A stretch of 64,000 nucleotides of DNA, taken from the NCBI GenBank assembly GCA_965224195.1, contig OZ245040.1, positions 672,001 through 736,000 of the forward strand, in the 5' to 3' direction. Below the pieces are notes generated by a model, which worked only from the letters and a program-made list of their open reading frames with translations, was not told the origin of the DNA and did not search any database. This document shows positions 1-11,099 of this stretch, piece by piece. The translations under genes and the position numbers were made by a program. Every line of letters begins with the position of its first letter. Positions within the stretch are counted from its first letter, which is position 1. Origin of the DNA: Nitrosopumilus sp. (lineage in GTDB: Archaea > Thermoproteota > Nitrososphaeria > Nitrososphaerales > Nitrosopumilaceae).

Positions 1-375
1 GCCAAGAACCTGTGGGCTGACCAGTGGGGATTTGCCTGGACACAAAATGACCATGGTACATGGCTCCAGCTGGAACGAGATGAGTTTGTACGGTACCAGG
101 ATGACATTAGCAGCGTAATGACCAGAACAAACTCTAACTATGACAGTATGATATCTCATGAGAGGGACCGCGCATTGCAGCATGCAAAGGATATGTATGG
201 CAGCATATATGACAAACCATCTTCTGATCTGGCAGAGCCTGTAACCATATGGATTGTGCCTTCACCGTCAAGCAAGCTGCAAAACCCGGAGATACTTGAT
301 GCAATGAAACTGGAGGAAGCAAAGGCAATGAGCTATTTGCAGCATATGGTACGCGCAGATATAAAGCACGATTGA
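1..375 (+). CDS. 3' end of a hypothetical protein (5' end outside window)
   Basis: Frame +1 is open from base 1 (AKNLWADQWGFAWTQNDHGTW...) through the 118..375 ORF to TGA. Confidence 0.65.
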   Translation, partial: AKNLWADQWGFAWTQNDHGTWLQLERDEFVRYQDDISSVMTRTNSNYDSMISHERDRALQHAKDMYGSIYDKPSSDLAEPVTIWIVPSPSSKLQNPEILDAMKLEEAKAMSYLQHMVRADIKHD

Positions 376-400
376 CCCCACCCTTTTTTCCTTTTTTATA
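376..400 (+). terminator. Archaeal oligo-T terminator
   Basis: CCCTTTTTTCCTTTTTT immediately after the stop codon. Confidence 0.45.
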
Positions 401-453
401 ATCTACTACGATCACACGATCATTCAAATAGTAATAATTATCCAAATCTTATA

Positions 454-3056
454 TTGAATAATATCATATTATGTATACTGGCCATATCTGCCTGTATTTT
501 ACTGCCAGCCTCTTTCCAGGAGACATTTGCTGTAACAACTGTCTACTCTACTGACCTACATCAACCAACTGCAATTACAGTAGATGATGACTATTTTTAT
601 CTCGTAGACTCGTATAACAACAAAATAAAGATATTCACAAAGGAAGGCTTTTCTTTTGTATCCTCTTTTCTTTTGTATCCTCTTTTTACATAGATCCAGA
701 TGAAGAAAAACCATATTTTGGTGCAAGAGGCATTGCAGTAGATAATGATTACATCTATGTATCAAATACACATACAGAACATCTAATCATTTATGACAAG
801 ACAAGCCACAAACCTATCAAAGTATTAAACAACCCAAAAGAACATCACGTATTTGGAAATATTGCCCAGATAGCACTTGACTCTACTCATATCTACGTAG
901 CTGACATATTTGAATCACGCATTGCAAAGTTTACAAAGACAGGGGATTTTGTATCTGATTTTAGTACAATAACTGATAGTATCTCTGAGTACTCTCAACT
1001 CAGTTCTATGGTAATGGATTCACAATATCTTTACACTTATGATATTGTGAATTGTAAAATATACACACTAGACAAAATAACTGGTAATGTCACAAATATC
1101 TTCCCCTCAGACCCATGCGATATTTCATCACTTTATCTTGAAGGCGATCTTCTTTATGCTATTAATAGCAATCCCAATATGATAAACGCATATGATAAGA
1201 ATACTGGTACATTGGTATACACAACTAAGGGTATTAATCTGAATATTAGTGGCACATCAGGTGATTATGAATTCTTTGGCGGAATTGTAATTGTAGATGA
1301 TACCATCTACTACACAAACACATACGAAAACATAATATCCTCTATCACCAAAGACGACATGCATCTTAATGACGATGCTGACTTGTTTGATCTGTGTACT
1401 GGTTTGACACAAAAGTTCTACTGCATACAAGATACAAGCATGCCAATAATGATACCACTAAACTCTACCATACCACACAATGACAGATATTCAATATCCT
1501 TTGATTTTATGCCATCTACTGATACCTTTGATGGTGTCTTTGCATACCTGCCAATATCCATATTATCTGGCGAGGTAACAATAATTGATCCTGCAAACCG
1601 TACCAATATCCTAGACTCTTTTTTTGCGCCAATTAATAGCACTGGCAAGCTAACTGATTATCTACATTTTACACTAGAATACCTGTTACCTACAAACTCA
1701 ACGCATGACCACACTGCTGCCATGACAGTACCTGCACGTGATGGTGTGGTATTATACAGCATACAAAGCCTAGCTGATGATGACTCTTTATCTATGGCAT
1801 TTGCCATTGCAGGAAACTATACAATCTCTGCACTATCAACTGTAACTGATCCCTATTTTGAGATATACTCTACTGAACACAAAAAATGCATCACAGCATT
1901 AGACGGCTCACAAGATGTAACATTACAAACATGTGATGGAGTAGATGGGCAGTGGTGGCATAACAATGACGGCACCATAAGATCAAAGATAAATGACAAA
2001 TGTCTTGACATCTCAGAGAATAACAAAAATAATGGCGCTGCTGTAATTGCATATAGCTGTAATGGAGGCATTAACCAACAGTGGTATAATGATCCAATAA
2101 CTAACCACTTTTACTCCAAGCTAAATTACAAATGCCTGGACATATCTGGGGACACTAGTATAGTAATGAATAGATGCACCAATAGCAACTCACAAAGATG
2201 GTCCGATGATGTAATGATATCTGATCTAATGAATGCAGATGATGATACAATATCCATCCCATTTCACTTTGGCTCAGATCCATCTCCTGTCATGCTAAAA
2301 AACACATTTGCAGGATTTTATGAGGATAACCCAAACGGTAACTCACATAGTGACTCACACCGAACTCCTCGCAGCTGGAGTACATACTCACTTGGATGTG
2401 GCATGCATGCAAGCTTTTACGCCTTTAACTTTAAGCATCCTGATCCATACGATATGAAACACATGTGGCACACAACCTTCAAGGGACCATATGGCGTAGG
2501 TCCAATGGATGTGGAAAAAAAGCCGATAGATGGCGGTACTGCAATTGCAGTTGGCAAGGGCACAAACAATGTCTTTTGCTGTGAGGATAAATGGATACAG
2601 TCATCTAATGGAAACTATTGCAGTGCCAAAGTACCAAATTTGTTTCATGCCAGCAAATACTACTCCCCTGATACCTCTGAGATAAAAAATGGCCTTATTG
2701 TGGATAGACATCTAACCCAAGGCGGCATAAGATCAATGGGAGTTGCAGTCGCATCAGCTGACACATCAAGTACAATGCCTGTATCCACATCTGGTAAAGC
2801 AGCAATACCTGATGAGAAAATAACTGTCATAAGCAATAACAAGATATCTGCAACAATACCACAAAAACTAACATCCCCTGATTTGATAAAGTTTGACACC
2901 AAATACCCCTATGATATAACAATGACATGTGTTGAGGCAACTACTAATGGAGTTGACACATTACAGTGTAATGTAACTGAGACTGCAAAACTGCGAAAGC
3001 AGGTATGTGTACCATCTTTTGGTCTGATGTACTTTGTCGAACAAATAACAATCTGA
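454..3056 (+). pseudogene. Secreted NHL-repeat beta-propeller + ricin-B (QxW) lectin protein; frameshifted and IS-truncated
   Basis: Signal peptide; NHL-like blades (QPTAITVDDDYFYLVDSYNNKIKIF, GARGIAVDNDYIYVSN, IAQIALDSTHIYVAD); ricin-B motifs (KCLDIS...CNGGINQQW, CTNSNSQRW). Removing a 17-bp tandem duplication (651-667/668-684) joins 454..693 to 1008..3056 in frame; the last codons come from the IS end. Confidence 0.8.
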
Positions 3057-4026
3057 TCAACTTTATTTCATAACAATAGCTTTGGATCTCACATTCTGAC
3101 CATTCTCATGGTTAACTAGAATCAATACAATGAGAAACTAGTCAGAAGAGGCGAGATCATAATGTCATTTGATGCTATTGATAACTGGCATAAAGAATTA
3201 GAGGTCATGAATCACAACAAAAGAGGTAGAAAGTTTGACTATCCTGATTCATTCATGAAATTATTGGGTTATGCTAGAATCTATTTTGGATTACCATTCA
3301 GACAAACAGAAGGAATGATACGTGCATATTGTAATAGAATTCCAGCAGTTCCTGATTTCACATCAATCCACAAGAGAATAAACAAGCTTGACATCAAAAC
3401 TGATGATTCCATTGGAGATAATAATGAAATCATTTTAGCAATTGACAGCACAGGAATCAAGGTTGCAAACAGGGGCGAATGGATGAGACAGAAATGGCAC
3501 ATGAGGAGAGGGTTTCTAAAAATCCATGTTGGTGCCGATGCCAGAACCAAGAAAATAGTTTCACTCAAAATAACAGATGATTCATCCCATGATGCTGCAC
3601 ATCTGCCAGAACTGGTACAGCAGGCATCACAGAAAGGAAAGGAAATGTAATCAAGGTTCTAGCTGATGGCGCATATGATTCAGAAAATAATTTCTCATAT
3701 CTATATCACAATACAAATGCACTGCCTGCAATCAAAGTTAGAAAGACATCATCTCTCAAAACAAAATGTTATCCGAGAAAGAAATCAGTTTTGGCTCAAA
3801 CGTATAATTTGGATTTGTGGAAGCGCAGCGTTAGCTATGGGGACAGGTGGATTGCAGAGTGTGTGTTTTCAACATTCAAAAGGATGTTTGGTGAGTATGT
3901 CATGGCTCACAAAAGAAAATACATGGCAAAGGAATTAAAATTAAAAGTCGAGCTGTACAATCTGTTTGCAGGTGCTTGAGGAAATGAAATCAAAAACTAG
4001 TTGGAAATGATTTGTTCGACAGAGTA
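3030..4026 (+). mobile_element. IS5-family (IS903-like) insertion sequence with inactivated transposase
   Basis: Terminal inverted repeats TACTTTGTCGAACAAAT / ATTTGTTCGACAGAGTA; transposase 3108..3979 (MVN*NQYNEKLVRRG, AIDSTGIK, LADGAYDS, RWIAECVFSTFKRMFG) with a stop at codon 4 and a 5-bp duplication frameshift near 3635. Confidence 0.9.
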
Positions 4027-5000
4027 TGTGTAAATATAGTGCCGCTAGCTTGTGAGCATTGTACGGTCACAGACTCGTCAATATTATCTGTTGCAGATAC
4101 TGAATAATTTACCGTTGCACCAGAATTTGTGTTGTTTTTGATCGTGATATCCTTTGGCATAACAATCACTGGAGGTGTCCTATCAGTAAGTGTGGTCTTT
4201 GGCACATTGACAACATCAGAGTAAAAATATTTTGTACTCGTGCTGCCCCTGTCATTGGCATAGTACATCTTTATCTTTAGCTTGTAGCTCTTACCTTCCT
4301 GTACATTTGATATGGTATAGGATGTGTCAGTAGATGATAGTTTACTCTTGTATGATGCATAGCCGCCATTTTCTGATACGTACATTTTGTAATACTTTAC
4401 AGTAAAGTCAGTTGGAGTATCCCAGGATACCCTTATGGAATCACCAGACTTTATCGTTTTAATATTTTGTAGTTCGTATGTTGGTACTGGTGTTGGTACT
4501 GGTGTTGGTACAGTTCCGCTACTAGTTGGCAGATCATATCCTGCGTTTTTGATCATAGTTGCATACGTGCCACATCGCTTGTACGTTTTGCCCTCAGTAC
4601 ATCTGTCTTGGTACAGCTTGTAATAGTAGCATGTATTGCTTTTTGGGCTGTCATCACAAGGTGTTGTGGTTTGTGTAGGAGGTGCAACTACAGGTGTGGT
4701 AGGTGTAGTAGTTGTAGTAGCAGGTATTGGCACATGAAGTTGTATCATAGTTCTTTTGTATATCTCACATACCTTTTGGTATCCAGCCTTTACTGGCATA
4801 CAGGAGGTTTTGTACCTGTCCTGCCATTGTTTTATCCTGTTTTCTGATGAATGTGACTCTGGCTGAAACTCTACATATTTTATCTCAACTGGCTCATCTA
4901 TGCCCAAAAAGAACTGCAGATATTCTGGCTCTATTGGAACATCAAAGTATGCAGCCATCGTGTCAAGACCCACAACTAGTGTATCATCATCTTTGATCAA
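3990..5000 (-). pseudogene. Surface-protein fragment with Thr/Pro linkers, FN3 domain and IS-truncated HYR domain
   Basis: FN3-like IRVSWDTP...YKMYVS...SYTISNV...SYKLKIK; HYR start DRTPPVIVMPKDITI...VNYSVSATDNID...VQCSQASG runs into the IS end at about 4025; no signal peptide, start overlaps the upstream stop. Confidence 0.65.
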
Positions 5001-5680
5001 AGGTCAAATGAAAATTTGAAATTATTGTAAAAATTATTCATATTTGATTTTACAATTGAAATATTTTCAATAATGTCTGAGCGAATTTTTTTTGGATCGA
5101 TATATGGTGTTTTTTGTAATTGTGCTTCAGTATTATCAAGCCATAAATTTACCATCTCCTCATTGACCTCCAAATGAAACTGTAAACCAACTGCACTCTT
5201 GTATTGAAATGCCTGATTAGAATAATGTTCAGATGAAGCTAATGAGATAGAACCTTCAGGTAAATCAAAGGTATCCCCATGCCAATGAAAAACAGTGAAA
5301 GGGTTTTTGAAACCAGAAAAAAATGAAGAGTCATTACTAATTTTCAAATCATGATAAAATCCAATTTCTTTTTTTGGTCCACTATACACATTAGCACCAA
5401 ATGTTTTAGCAATTAATTGAGAACCCAAACAAATTCCAAGTACAGGAATATTTTTTTCCACAGAATTTTTGATCAAATGTTGTTCAGCTTTTAGATAGTC
5501 TAAATCATCATTTGCACTTTCAGGTGCACCTAAAATTACAACTAGAGAAAAATCTTTGTCGGGTAACTTTTCATGTTTTGCATTTACGGATGTGATTTCA
5601 AATCCATCCTTTTGTAAAAGTTCACCCAAATATCCTGAACCTTCTATTCGTGTGTTTTGGACAAGTAATACATCAGGCAT
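4997..5680 (-). CDS. Class I glutamine amidotransferase
   Basis: PVLGICLGSQL nucleophile motif, FHWHGD, LQFHLE. Confidence 0.9.
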   Translation of the reverse strand: MPDVLLVQNTRIEGSGYLGELLQKDGFEITSVNAKHEKLPDKDFSLVVILGAPESANDDLDYLKAEQHLIKNSVEKNIPVLGICLGSQLIAKTFGANVYSGPKKEIGFYHDLKISNDSSFFSGFKNPFTVFHWHGDTFDLPEGSISLASSEHYSNQAFQYKSAVGLQFHLEVNEEMVNLWLDNTEAQLQKTPYIDPKKIRSDIIENISIVKSNMNNFYNNFKFSFDL

Positions 5681-5684
5681 GTTT

Positions 5685-5824
5685 CTAAACGTCTAGCCCT
5701 GTAACTACCCACTCAAGACTTCTGAGTACCCCTTGATAGTATTTCATGGCATCCATGGATTCAGTTTTTACTAGTCTTTCTTCAATTACTTTTCTATATT
5801 CAGCAATTTCTAATTCAGTTTTCA
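5685..5824 (-). CDS. Small conserved hypothetical protein (likely start MKTELEI)
   Basis: Short ORF co-oriented with the GATase gene; ATG at 5824. Confidence 0.55.
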
Positions 5825-5893
5825 TCTTACTCAACAAATTATTTGGAAGTAAAAATATGCTCTGTTTTAATATGTTAAAATTAATCACAAAGT

Positions 5894-6271
5894 ATGCTAG
5901 TATCAGAACAAGAAATTCTAGAATTGAAAGAATTTATTTTTCAATTAAATACCATAGAGAATGGTGTTGTGATAGTTGAAGGAAAACGAGATTCTAATGC
6001 ATTAAGGAAAATCGGTTATACTGGGAAAGTTTTAGAATTCCATAGATTTTCGAGCATGATAAATTTCGCAGATTCTGTAGCAAAATTTGAAAAATTGATA
6101 ATTCTTTTTGATAGAGACAAAAAAGGTAAGACATTAACTGGAAAAACTATTCAGTTATTACAAAGAAGGACAAAGGTAGATCTCACTTTCAAAAAAAAAT
6201 TACGCATCATTACAAAAGGGAAAATAATGTTTATTGAACAACTAGTAAGTTACGAATCTTATTTAGCCTAA
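5894..6271 (+). CDS. Small TOPRIM-domain protein
   Basis: VIVEGKRD and LFDRDKKG TOPRIM motifs. Confidence 0.85.
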   Translation: MLVSEQEILELKEFIFQLNTIENGVVIVEGKRDSNALRKIGYTGKVLEFHRFSSMINFADSVAKFEKLIILFDRDKKGKTLTGKTIQLLQRRTKVDLTFKKKLRIITKGKIMFIEQLVSYESYLA

Positions 6272-6273
6272 GA

Positions 6274-7548
6274 TTATGGCCAAATACCTTTTTGATTAAA
6301 TGCCTCTAGTACTCTTTCAACAGCTAAAACCATAGTTGCTTTTCTCATATCGATTTTGTGCTTTTTACTTAGTGCATAAGCATCTTTGAAACCTTTAGTG
6401 ATATTTGCCTCCATTTTCTTTGCAACCTCATCAAAGGTCCAATAGTATCCCATATTGTTTTGAACCCATTCCAAATATGATATACATACACCACCAGAAT
6501 TGGCTAGAATATCAGGAATTACTAGAATTTTCTTTTGGAAGATAATAGGATCTGCTTCAGGTAATGTTGGACCGTTTGCAGCTTCTGCAAGGATTTTACA
6601 TTTGAGATTCTTTGCTATCTTTGCATTGATTTGATTCTCCAGTGCTGCCGGAACTAGAACATCACATTTAGTGGTAAGTAATTCTTCTGTTGAGATTTTT
6701 TTACTGCCTGGGAATCCAACAACTGAACCTTTCTTTGCTTTGTGTGCCAAAATTGCACTAACTTTTGCACCTTTAGGAATTGAAATTGAACCTTTAGAAT
6801 CACTAGCGCCAATAATTTTTGCACCCATCTTTTCAAGATATTCTCCTGCAAATGTTGATGCATTTCCAAATCCTTGTAAAACTACTTTTGCACCTTTCAA
6901 ACTTAGTTTCAATGTCTTTGCAGCTTCTCTAACGGTATATGCTGCACCTAATCCAGTTGCAACATTTCTTGCAAGTGAGCCACCCATAGAAATTGGTTTT
7001 CCAGTAATTACACCTGGAGAATATTTGTTGCCGTTTAGTTTGCTAAATGTATCCATAATTTGTGTCATTTCTCTACCTGTAGTGTAAACATCAGGAGCTG
7101 GAATGTCTTTTTCAGGGCCAATGATTTCAGAAATCTTGTATGCAAATTGTCTAGTTAGTCTCTCCATTTCCCCATCACTGAGTTTCTCAGTTTTTGGATT
7201 AACATAGATTGCACCTTTTCCTCCACCAAGAGGAATATCTACAATTGCACATTTCCATGTCATCCATGAAGAAAGTGCCATAACCTCACGTTCCATGTAT
7301 TCAACTCCACCTTCTGGATTAAAATAACGAATACCACCTTTGTATGGGCCTCTATCGTTGTTATGTTGACTTCTAAAACCTGTGAAAATTCTAATTTTAC
7401 CATTATCCATTTTAACTGGGATTTTTACTCTCAAAACTTTATTTGGCATTGCCAAATATTCACGTAATTCTTTGTCTTTGATTCCCAAAATATCACATGC
7501 ATCATTAACTTGTTTAGTTGCATTTGCAAAAGGATCGTGTTTGACCAA
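6274..7548 (-). CDS. gdhA: Glutamate dehydrogenase
   Basis: GPYKGGIRY, GGGKGA, DIPAPDV, QGFGNA, EAANGP, PDILANSGGV. Confidence 0.95.
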   Translation of the reverse strand: MVKHDPFANATKQVNDACDILGIKDKELREYLAMPNKVLRVKIPVKMDNGKIRIFTGFRSQHNNDRGPYKGGIRYFNPEGGVEYMEREVMALSSWMTWKCAIVDIPLGGGKGAIYVNPKTEKLSDGEMERLTRQFAYKISEIIGPEKDIPAPDVYTTGREMTQIMDTFSKLNGNKYSPGVITGKPISMGGSLARNVATGLGAAYTVREAAKTLKLSLKGAKVVLQGFGNASTFAGEYLEKMGAKIIGASDSKGSISIPKGAKVSAILAHKAKKGSVVGFPGSKKISTEELLTTKCDVLVPAALENQINAKIAKNLKCKILAEAANGPTLPEADPIIFQKKILVIPDILANSGGVCISYLEWVQNNMGYYWTFDEVAKKMEANITKGFKDAYALSKKHKIDMRKATMVLAVERVLEAFNQKGIWP

Positions 7549-7620
7549 GATAATTTTGAAAACGGTGCATATTATATTAAGTTTAGTTCAAAATTCTAGA
7601 TCGCTAATTTAGAAATGTAA

Positions 7621-8019
7621 TCACATGTAGATTTTGGTTTGATTCATCTTTCTATCTAGTTTGTCAATTGCCTCATCAAGTGCACCGATATTAATTTCAA
7701 GAAAATTTGACAAATGAAAGATAACATCATATTTTTCTCCAATCTTTGAAACCATGTTATTTTTTTCCAAAACTTTCATGTGATGTTGAACTGCTTTGTA
7801 GTCAAGATCAAGTTCTTTTGCCAATTGGTGTGTATTGTATGGTTGTTCTAAGAGATGAATTATTATTCGCAGTCTAGTAAAATCACCCCTTGTGCTTGTA
7901 AACAAGTATAGCAGAAGTTTTCTAGTCTGCTTATCGGTTTTTCTTTGATCTGAAGCTTGTTTTGATCTAATAATTTCTTTGAACTCTAATAGTTGATTGA
8001 CCATGTTTCTTGAGTTCAA
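7621..8019 (-). CDS. ArsR-like winged-helix transcriptional regulator
   Basis: NTHQLAKELDLDYKAVQHHMKVLEKNNMV HTH. Confidence 0.85.
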   Translation of the reverse strand: MNSRNMVNQLLEFKEIIRSKQASDQRKTDKQTRKLLLYLFTSTRGDFTRLRIIIHLLEQPYNTHQLAKELDLDYKAVQHHMKVLEKNNMVSKIGEKYDVIFHLSNFLEINIGALDEAIDKLDRKMNQTKIYM

Positions 8020-8114
8020 TTAAGAAATTTTACTTAAAACCCTATTTCCATATCTCACCCATATTCAGGCATGACAATTACCCTTAAATTGACTGAGAAT
8101 GAACTCGTGATGAT

Positions 8115-8840
8115 ATGATGGCATCACGTGGTTATGATATGACACCTACCATGTATTCACCAGACGGTAGAATATACCAAGTCGAATACGCCATTGAGAC
8201 AGTAAAAAGAGGAACTTTAGCTATCGGTATCAGCAGTAAACAAGGCGTCATTATGGCAGTTGAAGAGAAACCTCGAACTTTACAAACTAGTAATGTTACT
8301 CAAAAAATATTTCAAGTAGATTATCACATAGGAGTTGCAGCAGCAGGATACATTCCAGATGCACGAGTTCAAGTTGATGGCGCACGATTTTTCTCACAAG
8401 GAAATAGAATGACATATGATGAATCTGTTGAAGTTGCAACAGTCGCTAAACATCTAGCAGATCAAGCTCATCAATTCACACAATATGGAGGAGTACGTCC
8501 AAATGGAGTTTCTATGATTATTGCAGGAATTGATCAAAAAGGCGAATCAATCTATGTAACAGATCCTAGTGGAACATATATCCAATTTTCAGCAATTGCA
8601 ATTGGAGCAGGTTCTGATGATGTAAATGCATTTTTAGAAAAACATTACAAAGATGATTTGAGTATAGAAGATGCAGCAGCATTAGCTATTGCAGCAATCA
8701 ATCTAAAGGCAGAAGCAAAAGATGGAGTGAACAACATAAAGATGGCAAAAATTACAACTGAATCTAAAATATTTGAGAAAGTTTCAGAATCTGATTTACA
8801 AAATTATTCTCAAAACGCATCAAAGTTTGCTCCAGAGTAA
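8115..8840 (+). CDS. psmA: Proteasome alpha subunit
   Basis: GYDMTPTMYSPDGRIYQVEYA signature. Confidence 0.95.
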   Translation: MMASRGYDMTPTMYSPDGRIYQVEYAIETVKRGTLAIGISSKQGVIMAVEEKPRTLQTSNVTQKIFQVDYHIGVAAAGYIPDARVQVDGARFFSQGNRMTYDESVEVATVAKHLADQAHQFTQYGGVRPNGVSMIIAGIDQKGESIYVTDPSGTYIQFSAIAIGAGSDDVNAFLEKHYKDDLSIEDAAALAIAAINLKAEAKDGVNNIKMAKITTESKIFEKVSESDLQNYSQNASKFAPE

Positions 8841-8889
8841 ACTCTTTGATTTGAAACCTATTCAAACTAGTATACTGAGACGATAGATT

Positions 8890-9579
8890 ATGGGCTTAGG
8901 AAGTTATTGGGGTGAAGTAATGGAAGTACTTCGAGAAATAATTCCAATTTATGATAAAGTTAATTCCATTATTTCATTAGGTAAGGATAAAGAGCACCGA
9001 ATTCGTGGAATCTCAAATAGAGTATTTCCAGGAAATAAAATTCTAGATGCAGGTTCAGGTTTTGGGAACATGTCAAAAACTGCTATGAACCTAACAGATG
9101 GAAAAATTTCAATTACACTGTATGATCCACTTGTACCAATGCTAAAAAATACAAGTACATTTTTTGAAGAATCCCCAGATATGGCAAATGGTGTTTTTGA
9201 ACACATCCCATTCAAAGACGGAGAGTTTGATGCAGTGTTATGTGGCTATTCATTAAGAGATGCAATTAATTTGAGAATTGCAATTTCTGAAATTCACAGA
9301 GTGTTGAAAAAAGATGGGAGATTTGTAATTGTGGATTTAGGAAAACCCGATGAAGCATTTTTCAGAGCAGGTGTTTCATTTTATCTAAGATGTATTCTAC
9401 CTATTCTTGCATTTGCAGCAGGAGGACGACTTGGATTAAAGTTTGGAACATTATATCGTACCTACAAAAGATGGCCACAAAATAAAAAACTGGAAGGATT
9501 AATTCTTGAAAAATTTTCAAGAGTAGAGTTTGAGAAAGATCTTATGGGTGGGGCAATAATGGTTGCAGCATACAAATGA
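8890..9579 (+). CDS. UbiE/MenG-like SAM-dependent methyltransferase
   Basis: ILDAGSGFG motif I, IPFKDGEFDAV, EIHRVLKKDG. Confidence 0.85.
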   Translation: MGLGSYWGEVMEVLREIIPIYDKVNSIISLGKDKEHRIRGISNRVFPGNKILDAGSGFGNMSKTAMNLTDGKISITLYDPLVPMLKNTSTFFEESPDMANGVFEHIPFKDGEFDAVLCGYSLRDAINLRIAISEIHRVLKKDGRFVIVDLGKPDEAFFRAGVSFYLRCILPILAFAAGGRLGLKFGTLYRTYKRWPQNKKLEGLILEKFSRVEFEKDLMGGAIMVAAYK

Positions 9580-10624
9580 ATAGAGTTCTGATACTAGTCA
9601 ACATCACAGGGTTAATCATTGGAATTTCGTATGGGTTACACGGTCCAATTCTACCAATATTTGCAAAAAATGTCATTGGTGCAACGTATTCCGAACTTGG
9701 TCTAATTGGATTAACCAATTTTATCCCTTACATGTTTATTCCACTTTTTGTAGGGATTCTACTTGATAGAATTAACAACGGATATTTGTTAGCTTTAGGT
9801 GCAGCCATAAATTCTGCATCAATTTATCTGCTATCCATTGCACAATCAGTTCCAGAAATAATGGGGTTTAGAATTATGACAGGTGTAGCTCATGCATTTT
9901 TCTGGCCACCGTGTGAAGCAATTATTTCAAATGAAAGTTCTAAAAAAACAGAGTAAAAAATATCTCATGGTTTACCATGTTTTTTGTAATTGGATTTATG
10001 ATAGGGCCATTACTGGGTACAGCATTACTTGAAGGCCTTGATGTCACATACAGGGTGCTATTCCAAATTGCAGCATTTATTCTCGCTGCTGCAATAATTA
10101 CTTCAGTTGTAGCCTCAAGAAAAAGCGAACAGAGTGACTGCACTGTACCTCAAGTAAAAGGCTGCAATAATTACTTCAGTTGTAGCCTCAAGAAAAAGAG
10201 TAAAAAAACATCACGAGAAATTTTCATTTTCATCAATTAAGAAAATGAAGAGATTTCCAGAAGTGGTAGTGTTGTTGATTTTCTGTACTTCATCGTTTGG
10301 AATAATTCTAACAATTTATCCGGCATTTCTCAATGATAATGGAATGTCTGCATCAGACATTTTGTTATTGTATTTTGTTTTTGGAATTTCGCGTGTTGTA
10401 TCTTTTGCATTAGCAGGAAAATTTGCAAGAAGTACTAGTCAAACTTTGATTGCAGGAACTATTGCAGTATCAGCAGGGCCATAGGGCCAACTATTGGAGA
10501 TCCCATTACACAATCATTTGGAAATGAAACACCGTATGTTGTGTTTTGTATCATAGGAATAAGAGTTACACTATTTGCAATAAGTGCTAGAAAGAAACTA
10601 GAACCACAAAGAATCTCAAATTAG
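9576..10624 (+). pseudogene. MFS transporter pseudogene in at least four pieces
   Basis: MFS helices in ORFs 9576..9956, 9977..10240 and 10245..10484; A-run frameshift near 9945, 73-bp duplication/insertion at 10088-10198, apparent internal deletion near 10480, C-terminal remnant ending at 10624. Confidence 0.85.
10088..10198. repeat. 36-38 bp direct repeat flanking a 35-37 bp unique insert (period 73)
   Basis: GCTGCAATAATTACTTCAGTTGTAGCCTCAAGAAAAAG at 10088-10125 and 10161-10198. Confidence 0.95.
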
Positions 10625-10750
10625 ATATCCACCGTTCCACATTTTTTAGTCCAAGAATAATTCTCATATTGGATACTCAGTGATGAAATTGATTATTTAG
10701 GCGTAAATTTTGAACATTACGTTTAATTTCAATTTAATAAATATCAAAAC

Positions 10751-11098
10751 ATGTTTGATTATTCGCTAAATATCGGTGGTAGTGAATGGATGATAATTAT
10801 TTTTGTAGCATTGGTTTTGATATTAGGTACAGGGAAATTGCCAGGGGCGGCTAGAAAAATTGGAAAAGCAGTAAATGAATACAATAAAGCCAAAAATGAA
10901 ATTCAAGAGCAAATAAAAGATGTCACAGATGAAGTTCCCAAAATTTCAGGGCCTGTTGAAACAGAACGAGAAAAGTTAGAGATGATTGCAAAATCAGCTG
11001 GAGTAAAAACGGAAGGTAAAACAGATGATGAGATAGGAGAAAGCATTGCATCAAAAATTGGTCAAAAAAGAACGGATGAATCTGAAAAAAAAGAATAG
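10751..11098 (+). CDS. tatA: Twin-arginine translocase TatA/E family
   Basis: IGGSEWMIIIFVALVLILGTGKLPGAARKIGKAVNEY. Confidence 0.9.
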   Translation: MFDYSLNIGGSEWMIIIFVALVLILGTGKLPGAARKIGKAVNEYNKAKNEIQEQIKDVTDEVPKISGPVETEREKLEMIAKSAGVKTEGKTDDEIGESIASKIGQKRTDESEKKE

Positions 11099-11099
11099 T

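Noticed and set aside
4480-4512. 12-bp tandem repeat TGTTGGTACTGG
   Set aside because: Encodes an ordinary Pro/Thr linker (PTPVPTPVPT)
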